From assembly GCA_035438705.1 (NCBI GenBank), contig DAORIV010000003.1:4699-68698 (forward strand): a DNA stretch of 64,000 nt, written 5' to 3'. Below the pieces are notes generated by a model. It was not told the DNA's origin. It searched no databases and saw only the letters and a list, made by a program, of their open reading frames with translations. Shown here piece after piece: positions 9,536-20,880 of the stretch (positions are counted from its first letter, which is position 1; every line of letters starts with the position of its first letter). Origin of the DNA: Parcubacteria group bacterium (GTDB lineage Bacteria; Patescibacteriota; Minisyncoccia; Phycocordibacterales; DATDWN01). The translations under genes were made by a program, and so were the position numbers.

Positions 9536-10672
9536 ATGAAAACAAAAATTTGTTTTTTGATAACCAAGGGCACATGGGGAGGAGCCCAAAGATATGTATA
9601 CAACCTTGCAGTGAATTTGCCTTCAAATAAATATGATGTTTTGGTAATTACAGGTTCCGGAGAAATACTAAGAGATAAATTGAGAGAAAAAGGAGTAAGG
9701 GCTTTTGAAATTAATAACCTAAAAAGAGACGTATCTCTACTATCCGAAATTAAAAGCTTTATAAAAATACTAAAAATACTTCACAATGAAAAACCCGATG
9801 TTCTTCATTTAAATAGTCCTAAAGCTAGTGGATTAGGATCATTAGCTGGAAAACTATTAGGGGTAAAAAAGATTATACAAACGGTACATGGATGGTCATT
9901 TAATGAAGACAGGAACATATTTTCTAAATCTTTAATCTACATTTTTTCAAACATTACTACTATTCTATGTGATAAGACTATTGTCATAGCCAAAAAAGAA
10001 AAAAATCAGGCTCTTAAGATGCCGTTTGTGAACGATGAAAAGATTGTTCTTATAAGAAACGGGGTAGAAAAATTAGATTACATAAATAAAACTATCGTTA
10101 GAGAAGCATTGATAAATAGAACAGATGGAAAAGTAAGAGAACATATAAACAGTAAAACACTATGGATTGGAACCGTATCCGAACTTCATAATAATAAAGG
10201 GTTAGAATATATGATAAACTCACTTTCAAAAATAAAAAGTAATTTTGTATTTTTTATAATAGGTGAAGGTGAAGAAAGAAAAAAATTACACAAACTCATT
10301 AGACAAAAAGGCTTGGAAAACAAAGTTTTCCTCGTTGGCTTTATTGATATAGCAAATCTCTATCTAAAGGCATTCGATATTTTTACTCTGACCTCCAAAA
10401 AAGAAGGTCTCCCATATGCTGTACTAGAGGCTGGTGGTGCTGGAGTTTGTGTGTTGGCAAGTAATGTTGGAGGTATACCAGATATTATTGATCACAACAG
10501 GAACGGTTTATTAGTAAGTGTTGGGAATGAAAAAGAAATCCAAAAAAATATTGAATTTCTAGAAACAAATACCCACAGAAGAGCTGAACTTGGTAAAAAT
10601 CTAAAACAGAAAATTGATAAAGAATTTAGCATAGATCAAATGCTTAAAAAAACCTTCTTACTTTACAAATAG
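9536..10672 (+). CDS. Glycosyltransferase, family 4 (GT-B fold)
   Basis: The ORF is 378 aa, and its C-terminal EGLPYAVLEAGGAGVCVLASNVGGIPDII is the classical GT4 E..E motif region. Confidence 0.8.
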   Translation: MKTKICFLITKGTWGGAQRYVYNLAVNLPSNKYDVLVITGSGEILRDKLREKGVRAFEINNLKRDVSLLSEIKSFIKILKILHNEKPDVLHLNSPKASGLGSLAGKLLGVKKIIQTVHGWSFNEDRNIFSKSLIYIFSNITTILCDKTIVIAKKEKNQALKMPFVNDEKIVLIRNGVEKLDYINKTIVREALINRTDGKVREHINSKTLWIGTVSELHNNKGLEYMINSLSKIKSNFVFFIIGEGEERKKLHKLIRQKGLENKVFLVGFIDIANLYLKAFDIFTLTSKKEGLPYAVLEAGGAGVCVLASNVGGIPDIIDHNRNGLLVSVGNEKEIQKNIEFLETNTHRRAELGKNLKQKIDKEFSIDQMLKKTFLLYK

Positions 10673-10747
10673 GTTCTCAGATATTTCTTAGAATTTTCTT
10701 TATTTCCACATCCTTTCAGCGCAGAAATCGTACAAAAATACCAGAAA

Positions 10748-11881
10748 TTATTGAACGCCAACCAGTTCGTTGGAAACAGTGTCTTTATGCACACTCCGAG
10801 AATTTTTTCGTAGACCCATTAGTATTCCTAAACCAAAAAATTCAGCTAGCAAATGACTGCCTCCGTAACTCATAAATGGCAAAGTGTTTCCAGTAACTGG
10901 CAAAAGTCCAATATTCATTCCTATGTGAATTATCGAATGAACCAAAAATAATATAACCAATCCTAAACCAAATAATATCTCAAAATTACTCCCCCCTTGA
11001 AATGAAATTTTAAGCATTCTCCAAAAAACTATCCCATACAAAACCAAAAGCAATGTGACCCCGAAAAACCCCCATTCTTCAGCAAATGCTGCGAATATAA
11101 AATCTGTCTGATACTCTGGCAAAAACTGAAGTTTGGACTGTGTTCCATAACCAATTCCCTTTCCAAAAAACTGCCCAGAACCTACTGCAATCGTAGATTG
11201 ATAAGCATTATAGCCTGTACCTCTTATGTCTGTTAGTGGGTTGAGAAAAGTCATTATTCTTGCCTTTTGATAGGGTTTAAATGCAAACAACCATAAACCA
11301 CTAAATGCCAAAGCTCCTAATAGAAATACTGCTAGTAAATGCTTTTTGGATATCCCAGAAACCAGAACCATACCCAACCAAACACAAAATATAATTATTG
11401 CTGAACCGAAATCAGGTTGTAATAGAACCAGCAGAAAAATAGTAAATACATATGCGCCAGACACCAGTATGTGTCTAATGTTTGCTATTTCAATATGTCT
11501 TCTGGAAAAATATTTCGCTAGTAAAAGTATGATAACAATTTTAACAGGATCAACAGGTTGAAATGAGAAAGCACCAAAATCAAACCAACTTTGAGCTCCC
11601 TTTGTGACCGTTCCTAGAATAAAAAGTAAAAATAATAATCCAGTAGAAATTAAAAAAAGTGTTACTATTACCCTACTATTTTTAAGAAAACTCCAATCAA
11701 ACGTACTTGAAACAAAAAACACTAAACTTGAGACAAGTATCCATATTATCTGCCTATCAAAAAAACTACTTTGTCCTGAAAATGAATTCATGGTAAAAAG
11801 TCCCGCCAAGCATATACAAAGCACACTAATATATAGAACCCAATCAACATCCTTAAAGATATTACGAATTAAATTTATCAT
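10748..11881 (-). CDS. SEDS-family peptidoglycan polymerase (FtsW/RodA)
   Basis: A 377-aa polytopic membrane protein with FLPEYQTDFIFAAFAEEWGFFG and LPFMSYGGSHLLAEF, which are typical of FtsW/RodA/SpoVE. Confidence 0.8.
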   Translation of the reverse strand: MINLIRNIFKDVDWVLYISVLCICLAGLFTMNSFSGQSSFFDRQIIWILVSSLVFFVSSTFDWSFLKNSRVIVTLFLISTGLLFLLFILGTVTKGAQSWFDFGAFSFQPVDPVKIVIILLLAKYFSRRHIEIANIRHILVSGAYVFTIFLLVLLQPDFGSAIIIFCVWLGMVLVSGISKKHLLAVFLLGALAFSGLWLFAFKPYQKARIMTFLNPLTDIRGTGYNAYQSTIAVGSGQFFGKGIGYGTQSKLQFLPEYQTDFIFAAFAEEWGFFGVTLLLVLYGIVFWRMLKISFQGGSNFEILFGLGLVILFLVHSIIHIGMNIGLLPVTGNTLPFMSYGGSHLLAEFFGLGILMGLRKNSRSVHKDTVSNELVGVQ

Positions 11882-11923
11882 TTATTTATAAATTGTAGAT
11901 ACACATACCAGCCGAAACAGAAG

Positions 11924-13276
11924 CTACTTATAAATTACATTTATAACATTAGGTTTTTTCTGGCACAAATTAGATGCAATGTTTGCATAAACCGTTGAAA
12001 GAGTCTCTTTTGTTGGTGATAGAAAATAATAACTATCTTTCGTAGAAATAGACTTTAGAAAACCGTCACTGACATTTTTACCCAAACCAACAGTGTATAT
12101 CTCAATGTTTGAATTTTTTATAGTTTCTGCTGTCTGTTGTGCAGAAAGCGTTGGAAAATCAGGATTATTTGGGTCCACTGGCAAAGTAGGTAATCCATCT
12201 GTTAAAAATATTATTGCTTTCTTTGATGATGATCTTGCAACTCCTGAGGTCAATTCAGTTAGTGCATCCTGTAAACCAGCATGGATATTAGTATTTTCTT
12301 GTGTAGTCGTACTCAAAGATAAATTCTCTATAGACGTAATTACACTCTGTTTATCTAAAGATAAGTTATTTTCTATCTTAGATAAATTTCCAAAAGTAAC
12401 TATAGAAACCTGATCATCTGTTTTTAGATTCTTAACAAAATTCTTTGCAGTATTTACCACGGTAGTGAATGGTTCTGGTGGAAACAGTCCTTCACTTCTC
12501 ATGCTTCCTGACCTGTCTAATGCTAATACAACATCTAATGGAGCAGTGCAAGATTCCACACCAAGGTCAAATGGTTTAGGCCATGTAAAAACAAAATCCT
12601 GTGTACTTTTTCTTATTAGATTTTCAACAAAGGATCTACTTGCTGCCACCACATTCTGATTGCCATCCAAAACAAAAACTGCTAATTCTATTTCTTTAAT
12701 ATTGGTTGAGGAGTTATTGGTTATAGTTCCAGAAATTCTTGGAATTGTGCTAGTAGATATTAAAGTACCATATTTTAGAGTTACATCAGGTTCAGGCTCA
12801 GTATCCTTTAGCCAAGATGAAAACGCTGTAAAATCCATATCTACACTTTTTGGCTTACTACCTTTCAACACTAAACCATTTTCAAAAACCGCGAATTTTT
12901 TTCCTTTTGGAATACTTGTTTGCCCTTCTTTGACAGTTATCAGCTTGTTACTTTCATCGTATATTTTGAATTCATAATTAGCTCTTTCATTTCGAGAATT
13001 AATATTTGGATTTTCTACATAAGAAACTAAAGTATACACATCACCTGAAACATTAAATATTTTGGACCACAAAACAATTGGTTCCAATGTCTCAGCACTA
13101 CAAAGATTTACACAACCGCCCCCACAGTCAACACCTGTTTCATCTCCATTTTTCAAACCATCCATACAAGTAGGAGCTTTATAAAAAACCTTATAGAAAA
13201 TAGTTAAACTTATAATTAATAATATAAGAACAAAAGTTCCTCCATATATTAGTCTTCCTCTAGATGCCCATGACAT
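11924..13276 (-). CDS. Membrane-anchored von Willebrand factor A (vWA) domain protein
   Basis: It has an N-terminal TM helix and a Cys-rich stretch. DVVLALDRSGSM matches the MIDAS (metal-ion-dependent adhesion site) start of a vWA domain. Confidence 0.7.
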   Translation of the reverse strand: MSWASRGRLIYGGTFVLILLIISLTIFYKVFYKAPTCMDGLKNGDETGVDCGGGCVNLCSAETLEPIVLWSKIFNVSGDVYTLVSYVENPNINSRNERANYEFKIYDESNKLITVKEGQTSIPKGKKFAVFENGLVLKGSKPKSVDMDFTAFSSWLKDTEPEPDVTLKYGTLISTSTIPRISGTITNNSSTNIKEIELAVFVLDGNQNVVAASRSFVENLIRKSTQDFVFTWPKPFDLGVESCTAPLDVVLALDRSGSMRSEGLFPPEPFTTVVNTAKNFVKNLKTDDQVSIVTFGNLSKIENNLSLDKQSVITSIENLSLSTTTQENTNIHAGLQDALTELTSGVARSSSKKAIIFLTDGLPTLPVDPNNPDFPTLSAQQTAETIKNSNIEIYTVGLGKNVSDGFLKSISTKDSYYFLSPTKETLSTVYANIASNLCQKKPNVINVIYK

Positions 13277-13326
13277 AACAACATTATACAGGGATTAGTT
13301 GTTAGTTTCTAGTTATTTTAAAAATA

Positions 13327-13352
13327 AAAAACACCTTTCGGTGTTTTTTGTT
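13327..13352 (-). terminator. Terminator downstream of the 5S rRNA
   Basis: AAAAAACACCTTTCGGTGTTTTTTG: a GC stem flanked by A and T tracts, just 3' of the 5S end. Confidence 0.45.
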
Positions 13353-13363
13353 TTTAAAAACTT

Positions 13364-13470
13364 AGTTCTGGCGCCTAGCTACTCTCCCACATAGTAGTAC
13401 CATCGCCTCAACAGAGCTTAACTGCCGTGTTCGGAATGAGAACGGGTGTGACCTCTGCGATAAAGCACCA
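13364..13470 (-). rRNA. rrf: 5S ribosomal RNA
   Basis: The reverse complement reads ...CCCGTTCTCATTCCGAACACGGCAGTTAAGCTCTGTTGAGGCGATGGTACTACTATGTGGGAGAGTAGCTAGGCGCCAGAAC, which are canonical 5S motifs. Ends are approximate. Confidence 0.85.
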
Positions 13471-13506
13471 AAACTAAATTTTCAAAGTAAAACTTCATGG
13501 CTTCAT

Positions 13507-13526
13507 ACCATGTAACAGAACAAAGT
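13507..13526. repeat. 3' arm of the long-range inverted repeat flanking the 23S gene (presumed RNase III processing stem)
   Basis: ATGTAACAGAACAAAGTA is the reverse complement of the segment at 17431..17452. Confidence 0.5.
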
Positions 13527-13833
13527 AGTGATTGTTAAATTTCCTAATAGAAATCGGCTAATTAGTACACCTCGGCTACACATATTGCTATGCTTCCACC
13601 TAGTGCCTATCACGTGATCATCTCTCACGGGCCTCAAACGATTCCTAATCTTGAAGTTGGTTTCACTCTTAGATGCTTTCAGAGTTTATCCATTCCCGAC
13701 TTAGCTACTCTGCGGTGCCCTTGGCAGGACAGCAGACACACCAGAGGTCAGTTCACCCCGGTCCTCTCGTACTAGGGGCAAATCTTCTCAAGAATCAACG
13801 CCCACAGTAGATAGGAGACCAACCTGTCTCACG

Positions 13834-14409
13834 CATGTTTCCACAAATTACTTTGTGCATTGGACTATAACTTCATGTACCGAAAGGCACACTGTTGATG
13901 TTTAGTCTCTACGGGCGTTTATGAATTTCATCAAGAATGCGATACAAAATCGCAAATGTTTTGTTGCCACCCAAAAAAGGGTGGCGACCCTAACTGGATT
14001 CGAACCAGTGTCCTCGCTTTTCTTTTGGATGAGCAAGTGTCCTAGGCCTCTGGACGATAGGGTCCTAACAAAACGAAAGAACGACATTTCTCACTTGAGA
14101 AATGGCGGTAGTGAAAATGAGATCCCTGTACTAGCGGTCCTCGCTCTTCGAGCCAACGGCGTGCCAGTCTGGTCTATCTTCACTACCTCAACAATTCTTG
14201 ATGAAATTCACAAACTTCCCTCGGTATTATCCAAAACAAAAAATTAAATTGTTTGGACTCCACCGATATAAATCAACTTTAATCGCACGAATGCGACCGC
14301 CGTGATTTGATTGGTTCCTTATCTTTATTCATAAACGAAAATTCCTCTGAGGATTCAGATTGTGGAGAAATCCAGATTTTTTAGCAAGCTAAAAAGAAAT
14401 GAAATTCTC
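13834..14409 (-). other. Putative ORF-less self-splicing intron (group I-like), ~576 nt, inserted in 23S at the I-CreI/I-CeuI-type site (E. coli ~2593)
   Basis: The exon sequence CTGTCTCACG | ... | ACGGTCTGAACCCAGCTCGCGTAAG is contiguous in all uninterrupted 23S rRNAs (GGGTTTAGAACGTCGTGAGACAG). The insert has no sense-strand ORF longer than 61 aa. Confidence 0.6.
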
Positions 14410-15042
14410 CACGGTCTGAACCCAGCTCGCGTAAGATTTTAAATGGCGAACAGCCATACCCTTGGGAGCTTCTTCACCCCCAGGATATCTTGAGCCGACA
14501 TCGAGGTGCCGAACTGTGCCGTCGCTATGGACGCTTAGGCACAACCAGCCTGTTATCCCCAGGGTAGCTTTTATCCGATAATCTCCGGCCGCCTCTAAAA
14601 CGGACCGTCGGTTCACTATGTTCCACTTTCGTGTCTGTTTGACAAGTACGTCTTACAGTTAAGCCAGCTTATGCCATTACACTATCGGTATGGTTTCCAT
14701 TCACACCTAGCTGACCTTAATAAACTCCTCCGTTACTCTTTAGGAGGATAGCGCCCCACTAAAACTGCCCACCAGAAACTGTCTCTGTCCGTTTTTTCCG
14801 TACAGGTTAGAAAGTATATCAAACAAGATGGCTATTTCACTGACGACTCCAGGCTACCCGAAAGTGCCCTTCAAAGTCTCACCACTATGCTACGCATGCA
14901 AAACATACCCTCAATATCAAGTTGCAGTAAAGCTCCTGGGGTCTTTTCGTCTAACTGCGGGTAACCGGCATCTTCACCGGTATTGTATTTTCACCGAGCA
15001 AATCCCCGAGACAGTTCTCCAGTCATTATACCATTCGTGCAC

Positions 15043-15390
<348 letters not shown>

Positions 15391-16802
15391 CAGGGCTTAT
15401 ATAATCAACCTAAAATCTTGCGACTCTCGGCTACCATATTTGACCTTCTGGCATTGGTCAGGCATCACCCCCTATACATCCTCTTACGAGTTCGCAGGGA
15501 GCTGTGTTTTTGATAAACAGTTGCCAGAGATACTTTAGCTGCGGCCCACCGAAGTGGGCAAGCCTTATTCCGAAGTTACGGCTGCTTTTTTGCCGAGTTC
15601 CTTGGGGATCTCTCACTCGTTCGCCTTGGTCTACTCGACCTGACTACCTGTGTCGGTTTACGGTACGGATCTTATGTGATTAAGCTTAGAAATTTTTCTT
15701 GAAAGCGTGCTTTGTATAATCCCCTAGACTTACGCCCGGGTTTAAATACTGCTTGGTATTATCATTTAAGAAAGTGTGCGGATTTACCTACACAGCTACC
15801 TCACAGTACATACTCAAATCCAATAATGAGCTATACATACTACCCTCCGTCCTTCCATCGCATCACACAAAAGTGCAGGAATATTAACCTGCTGTCCATC
15901 GGCTGCGACTCTCGTCATTGCCTTAGGCCCGACTAACCCTGCTCTGATTGACATTGAACAGGAAACCTCAGTCTTTCGGCGCTGGGGGTTCTCGCCCCAG
16001 TTGTGGTTACTTGTGCCAACATTCTTACTTCGCAACGCTCCAGCGTGGGTCACCCCTTCGCCTTCACAGCAGATACGAATACTCTCCTACCGCTTGTCTT
16101 TTCCGAAGAAAAAACAAACCCTCAGTTTCGGTACATAACTTAGCCCCGATTATTTGCGGCGCGGAATCTCTTACTGAGTGAGCTGTTACGCTATCTTTCA
16201 AGGGTGGCTGCTTCTAAGCCTACCTCCTCAGTGTCTACGAAATTCCACCACCTTAAGCGCACTTAGTTATGATTTAGGGACCTTAAATAGAGATCTAGGC
16301 TGTTTCCTTTTTGACGTACGGAGCTTAGCCCCCGCCGTCTAACTGCCGTATAGTTAATCTTCCGTATTCGGAGTTTGATAGGTCTCACGAGATTGCTCCC
16401 TGTTGAGACCTTCCAGTGCTCTACCCCGGAAGGGTAAATACGACGCTAGCCCAAAAGCTATTTCGGAGAGAACCAGCTATTACCAGGCTCGATTAGCTTT
16501 TCACTTCTTACCACAAGTCATCCCAATGTATTGCACGGCAAACGGGTTCGGGCCTCCATCTATCTTTCGATAAACTTCACCCTGCTCATGGCAAGCTCGC
16601 TCTGGCTTCGGGTCTAATGCACACGATATATTCGCGCTATTCACACTCGGTTTCCCTGAGACTCCATCCGACAAAGGACTTAGTCAAACCGCGTACATTA
16701 ACTCGTTGGCTCATTCTTCAATAGGCACGCCGTGACGGATATAAATACCCGCTCCGACTCCTTGTAAGCATATGGTTTCAGATCTATTTCACTCCCCTTA
16801 TA

Positions 16803-16845
<43 letters not shown>

Positions 16846-17430
16846 ATCTTTAAATGTATTTAGCCTTACCGGTTAGTACCGGCAGATTCCTCCGAGCTAT
16901 TCATGTCTCGAAGTACTCAAGAACAGAAACAAAGAAGATATTATTTTTTCGCTCACGGGACCATTACCCTCTAGGGTTGTGCTTTCCAGCACATTAAACT
17001 AAAATAATATTTTTTAACTTCTCTCACAATAAATTGTGACGTCTCTGCCTTACAACCCCACCCCGCCATCCTCATTTCCAATTTCTCAGAAACAAAGATA
17101 GAAGGGTGGTTTGGGCTTTTGCGTTTTCGCTCGCCGCTATTTACGCAATAACAATTGTTCTCTTTTCCTCCAGGTACTGAAATGTTTTACTTCCCTGGGT
17201 GCACGATCTAGATAAACTCTAGACCAACGACATGTAGTCGTTAGGTTTCCCCATTCAGAAATTTTCGGATTAACGGTTGCTAGGCACCTCCCCGAAACTT
17301 ATCGCAGCCATGCTACGTCTTTCATCGCCATTTAAAGTCAAGGCATCCACCATACGCTCTTAAATTTCCCATTAGGAAATTTAAAAACCACAAGTTACAA
17401 AAAACGACCACTCGCTTTTTATAACAATTA

Positions 17431-17452
17431 CTTTGTTCTGTTACATATTATG
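17431..17452. repeat. 5' arm of the inverted repeat flanking the 23S gene (processing stem)
   Basis: TACTTTGTTCTGTTACAT is complementary to 13507..13526. It overlaps a local palindrome, CTGTTACATATTATGTAACAG. Confidence 0.5.
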
Positions 17453-17814
17453 TAACAGATGTTTGTTTTGTATTCCTACAATCAGAATACAAAACTGTTT
17501 TACTTTTTCCATCTACACTTTCCGAAAAGACCCCGGACCAAAGTCCGAAATTTTTAAATGTGTGATGGCATGAACCCTGGGAAAGATTGCGTCTTTCTTT
17601 CGGGAATATTTTCAAGGGACTCTTCAGATATCCTTGTTAAGAAAATCGCTCCTATTCAGAGCGATTTTCGAGCAACAACCTATTAGGCGTTTATCGTTTT
17701 GATCGCTTTGAATTTGGTTGAATTTTTAACATATCTGAGATAGGGGTAAGTATATAGGAGAGTGTTTGTAATGTCAAATACCATATTTGCTTTATTTGTG
17801 TGGACAAAATACAA

Positions 17815-17848
17815 ATAAAAAAGCCCATTTTATGGGCTTTTTTATAAA
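17815..17848 (-). terminator. Rho-independent (bidirectional-looking) terminator
   Basis: AAAAAAGCCCATTTTATGGGCTTTTTTAT lies directly 3' of the minus-strand gene ending at 17866 and separates it from the rRNA promoter region. Confidence 0.5.
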
Positions 17849-17865
17849 TCAAAAAATATATTATT

Positions 17866-18645
17866 TTAGTGATTTGAAGACATTTTCTCAGAAACTTTTG
17901 ACACAACCCTACTAGCAGCCTCTTGTCCTCCAAGTCCAAATGAAAGACCTAAAGCTAGAGAAACTGCTACTACAAATCCTGTAAATAGAGTTTGTATGAA
18001 AGCACCAGCAATACCCATTTGTGATAGGGCTACCAAAATAGCAAATACCCACACAGCCCATTTTGATACTAGACCCAAGAAGTTTGCTTGTGATACTTCT
18101 GCAGCTTTTGCTGAAGCAGTAACCACTCTTGATAGAACATCACCAACTACACCTCCTACCATAAGAACAAGAACTGAGATGATAAGTTGTGGTAGATATC
18201 CTGTTACGATTTGTCTTAGAAAGTTTGTAACTTGATCCAAACCAAGTACATCAAAACTTGCGATTAGGAAAACAACAATTACAAAATATTTAACTAGACT
18301 TCCAATAAAGTGTCCTGAATTTAATTCCAATCCAGATCGCTTTACTAGTTTTCCAACACCAGCTCTTTCTAGAGAGTCATCAAATTTTATCATTTGCATA
18401 AAATGTGAAATTCCCCTAGATATTAGTGCACCTATTGCCCAACCCAAGCACAATATAACTATTGCAACTACAAGGTTTGGAATAAATGTGATTACACCAA
18501 CCCAAAGTGATTGAAATGAAGCTTCTAAAACCTCACGCCATGTATTAAGAATCATATAAACAATATTAAATAATAATAAGTATATTATACCACCCCTGTA
18601 AAACCCCTTTCCATACCCTACTGTGCATAAGAGCAGAGTCTCCAA
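17866..18645 (-). CDS. Polytopic membrane protein with internally repeated TM-helix units (MscS-like or CmpX-like 'conserved TM helix' family)
   Basis: The 259-aa ORF contains two similar hydrophobic units (VGVITFIPNLVVAIVILCLGWAIGALISR and IISVLVLMVGGVVGDVLSR). The true start may be an internal Met. Confidence 0.5.
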   Translation of the reverse strand: METLLLCTVGYGKGFYRGGIIYLLLFNIVYMILNTWREVLEASFQSLWVGVITFIPNLVVAIVILCLGWAIGALISRGISHFMQMIKFDDSLERAGVGKLVKRSGLELNSGHFIGSLVKYFVIVVFLIASFDVLGLDQVTNFLRQIVTGYLPQLIISVLVLMVGGVVGDVLSRVVTASAKAAEVSQANFLGLVSKWAVWVFAILVALSQMGIAGAFIQTLFTGFVVAVSLALGLSFGLGGQEAASRVVSKVSEKMSSNH

Positions 18646-18649
18646 ATAT

Positions 18650-19243
18650 CTATTCTAAGCCTAATTTATTGAGTATTTTTTTATGAGGATAGTCTAAAAT
18701 GTCTCTAGTTAGCTTGTCGAACATGCTTAGTCTGTATTTAAAATCCTCAGTAGTGAAGTGGGCGTACTTTAGCTCCTTACCTATCTCTGCCTCCAAGCTA
18801 AGCATGAGACTTTCCAAGTTAGATCTTTTAATACCATCACCTACTATAAACACATCCACTCGACTTTCTGGATCTTGAATAAAAACACCAGCTACAATAA
18901 TAAGCTTTATCGAACCAAGTTTTGAAATCTTTTTTATTAATTCTTTTGGTTGTAGGGGCTCTAGATTAATCAAAAAATTTTGAAGCGGAAGTAAGTATGA
19001 AAAATTTGTATTCATAATATAACCTTGAACATGTTTTCCGTTTCTAGACCCCACTCTCCTTTTCAAAAAATCTATTTTCTCTAACAACAATATTTCTCTT
19101 CTAACTCTTGATGTGTCTTCATCAATTTTTTCACTTATAGTTTTTGAATCAAAAATTCTATCAGGACTGAACAAAAATAATCTCATTATTTTTACCTTTG
19201 TTTCCGATCCGAAAAGTTTCCCGAGCGTTTCCATGGGACTCAT
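18650..19243 (-). CDS. Hypothetical protein with an N-terminal winged-helix-like region
   Basis: A 197-aa ORF whose KIMRLFLFSPDRIFDSKTISEKIDEDTSRVRREILLLEKIDFLKRR segment resembles an HTH. The ORF abuts the upstream gene with a 4-nt gap. Confidence 0.45.
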   Translation of the reverse strand: MSPMETLGKLFGSETKVKIMRLFLFSPDRIFDSKTISEKIDEDTSRVRREILLLEKIDFLKRRVGSRNGKHVQGYIMNTNFSYLLPLQNFLINLEPLQPKELIKKISKLGSIKLIIVAGVFIQDPESRVDVFIVGDGIKRSNLESLMLSLEAEIGKELKYAHFTTEDFKYRLSMFDKLTRDILDYPHKKILNKLGLE

Positions 19244-19532
19244 TATAAGGATTTTTGTAATTAGGGAAAGAGTTGACTTTTCAACAGAAAATTACGAAAA
19301 ATAACAAAAAAACCGAACTAGAATGTTCGGTTTTTTGTTAATTTTAGTGTTACCTTGTCAGGAATATTTTGTTCGCCGACGCACGGTGGTTTTCCGCTTC
19401 CTTACAGGAACTGTACACCTATTCTATTTTTTACTTCATAAATTCGTAAAAAATTATCATAGGTCTTGCGTTTGGGTCCCAACCCAAACTCACCCCGCCT
19501 CGCAACCTGTCCGTAAAGTAACTTTGAAATTA

Positions 19533-19934
19533 CTATTTCAAAGTTACTTTCGCTCCTGCCTCCTCAAGAGATTTCTTTAGTTTCTCTGCGTCTTCTTTCT
19601 TCATTCCTTCCTTTAGCATTGCTGGAGCACCATCAACTAGATCCTTAGCTTCCTTTAGACCAAGTCCTAGAGCTTCTTTAACAACCTTAATAACTGCAAT
19701 TTTTTGTGCACCTCCATCTGTTAGTTCAACAGATTTTGTAGATGATTCATCTGCACCACCCGCTGCTGCACCTCCTGCTGGAGCTGCTACAGCTACAGCT
19801 GCTGCTGATACTCCGAATTTCTCTTCTAAGTGTTTTACTAGCTCATGTAGATCTAGTACTGACATTTTTTCTATTGCTTCTACTACAGCTTTGAATTTTG
19901 CTGGAGTTTCAACTATTTTGTTTTCTGTTTCCAT
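19533..19934 (-). CDS. rplL: 50S ribosomal protein L7/L12
   Basis: It has an Ala/Gly-rich hinge and the conserved C-terminal domain [33 protein letters not shown]. Confidence 0.95.
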   Translation of the reverse strand: METENKIVETPAKFKAVVEAIEKMSVLDLHELVKHLEEKFGVSAAAVAVAAPAGGAAAGGADESSTKSVELTDGGAQKIAVIKVVKEALGLGLKEAKDLVDGAPAMLKEGMKKEDAEKLKKSLEEAGAKVTLK

Positions 19935-19989
19935 AATAATATTTTAATTATTTTTTTCTGTTAAATTTATAAAATTATCTACGATAATT

Positions 19990-20487
19990 TTATGCTTGTG
20001 TCTCCTTCTTTTTTGCCACCTCACTTAGTGCCATAACGAAACCTTGTATTGGTGAATTGATAAGATTAACAAATTGAGCTTGTAGAGTTTTAAGACTTGG
20101 AATTTGTGAGATAACCAACATCTCTTCCTTTGTCATAAATTTATTTTCAAAAACTCCACCAACTATTTGTATCTTCTTTTCAAGTTTCTTTTGAAACTCG
20201 TAAACCCCTCTAGCTCCTTCAATAGGATCAGTACCATAAACTATACCGAGCTCACCTGGTAATTCTGGCATTTGACCTTCAAATCCAGCTTCACTAAGAG
20301 CTTTCTTAGTTAGTGTTTTCTTTGCAATGGTATATCCAACCCCTTTTTCTCTCAAAGCCTTTCTTATTATTGAAGACTCTGATACTGGAAGAGCATGAAA
20401 GTTTATAAAAACAATCGAAGAAGAGTCCTTAACTATTTTCTGTAGTTTAGATAGGATCTCCCCCTTTTTTTCTCTTGTTAAAGCCAT
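19990..20487 (-). CDS. rplJ: 50S ribosomal protein L10
   Basis: A 165-aa ORF immediately upstream of rplL with typical L10 sequence (ALTREKKGEILSKL..). Confidence 0.95.
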   Translation of the reverse strand: MALTREKKGEILSKLQKIVKDSSSIVFINFHALPVSESSIIRKALREKGVGYTIAKKTLTKKALSEAGFEGQMPELPGELGIVYGTDPIEGARGVYEFQKKLEKKIQIVGGVFENKFMTKEEMLVISQIPSLKTLQAQFVNLINSPIQGFVMALSEVAKKKETQA

Positions 20488-20489
20488 AT

Positions 20490-20840
20490 TTATTAAAACC
20501 TGTAAATTTGGCGAACTCCTTCGTTAAAAGTTTAAAAATTCTCGTCAATGTACAATGTGTACACCTCCTCGCCTTTTCAAACTTTTGCCTTGGATTTCAT
20601 CCAAATTAATAAGTTTTAGATATATTAATTTATAATGTGCGACCTTTTCTAAGGTGGGATTGGGTTGAAACCCAATCGCAAGACTTTCTTCTAATCTTTT
20701 ACGAATTCAATGAAGTAAAAGATTGAAAAAGTGTACTGATCCTGTAAGGATAAGTAAGATTTTACAATCTCGGGCGGACTTACAATTGCCACCTGTCTTT
20801 GACCTTATGGGTAACACTTTATAAAAAATAGGGAAGTTTG
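20490..20840 (-). promoter_or_regulatory. Long 5' leader of rplJ-rplL (candidate L10 leader autoregulatory RNA plus promoter)
   Basis: A ~350-nt non-coding region lies upstream of rplJ with local stem-loops. The L10(L12)4-binding leader is a known bacterial arrangement. Its structure has not been verified here. Confidence 0.3.
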
Positions 20841-20844
20841 TCAA

Positions 20845-20880
20845 CAAAAAAGAGGGAAGTCACTTCCCTCTTTTTTGTTA
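20845..20880 (-). terminator. Rho-independent terminator
   Basis: AAAAAAGAGGGAAGTCACTTCCCTCTTTTTTGTT has a perfect 9-bp stem and overlaps the stop of the ORF at 20878. Confidence 0.5.

Noticed and set aside
13902-14247. ORFs 13921..14247 (+, 108 aa) and 13902..14087 (-, 61 aa) inside the 23S intron, considered as a homing endonuclease
   Set aside because: The longer one is antisense to the rRNA and the sense-strand one is only 61 aa. Neither has LAGLIDADG, GIY-YIG, HNH or His-Cys box motifs. The intron is best regarded as ORF-less.
17436-17458. Perfect palindrome CTGTTACATATTATGTAACAG upstream of the 23S gene, considered as a repressor operator
   Set aside because: One arm is part of the long-range 23S processing-stem complementarity (with 13507..13526), so rRNA processing explains it better. 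An additional operator role cannot be excluded but is unsupported.
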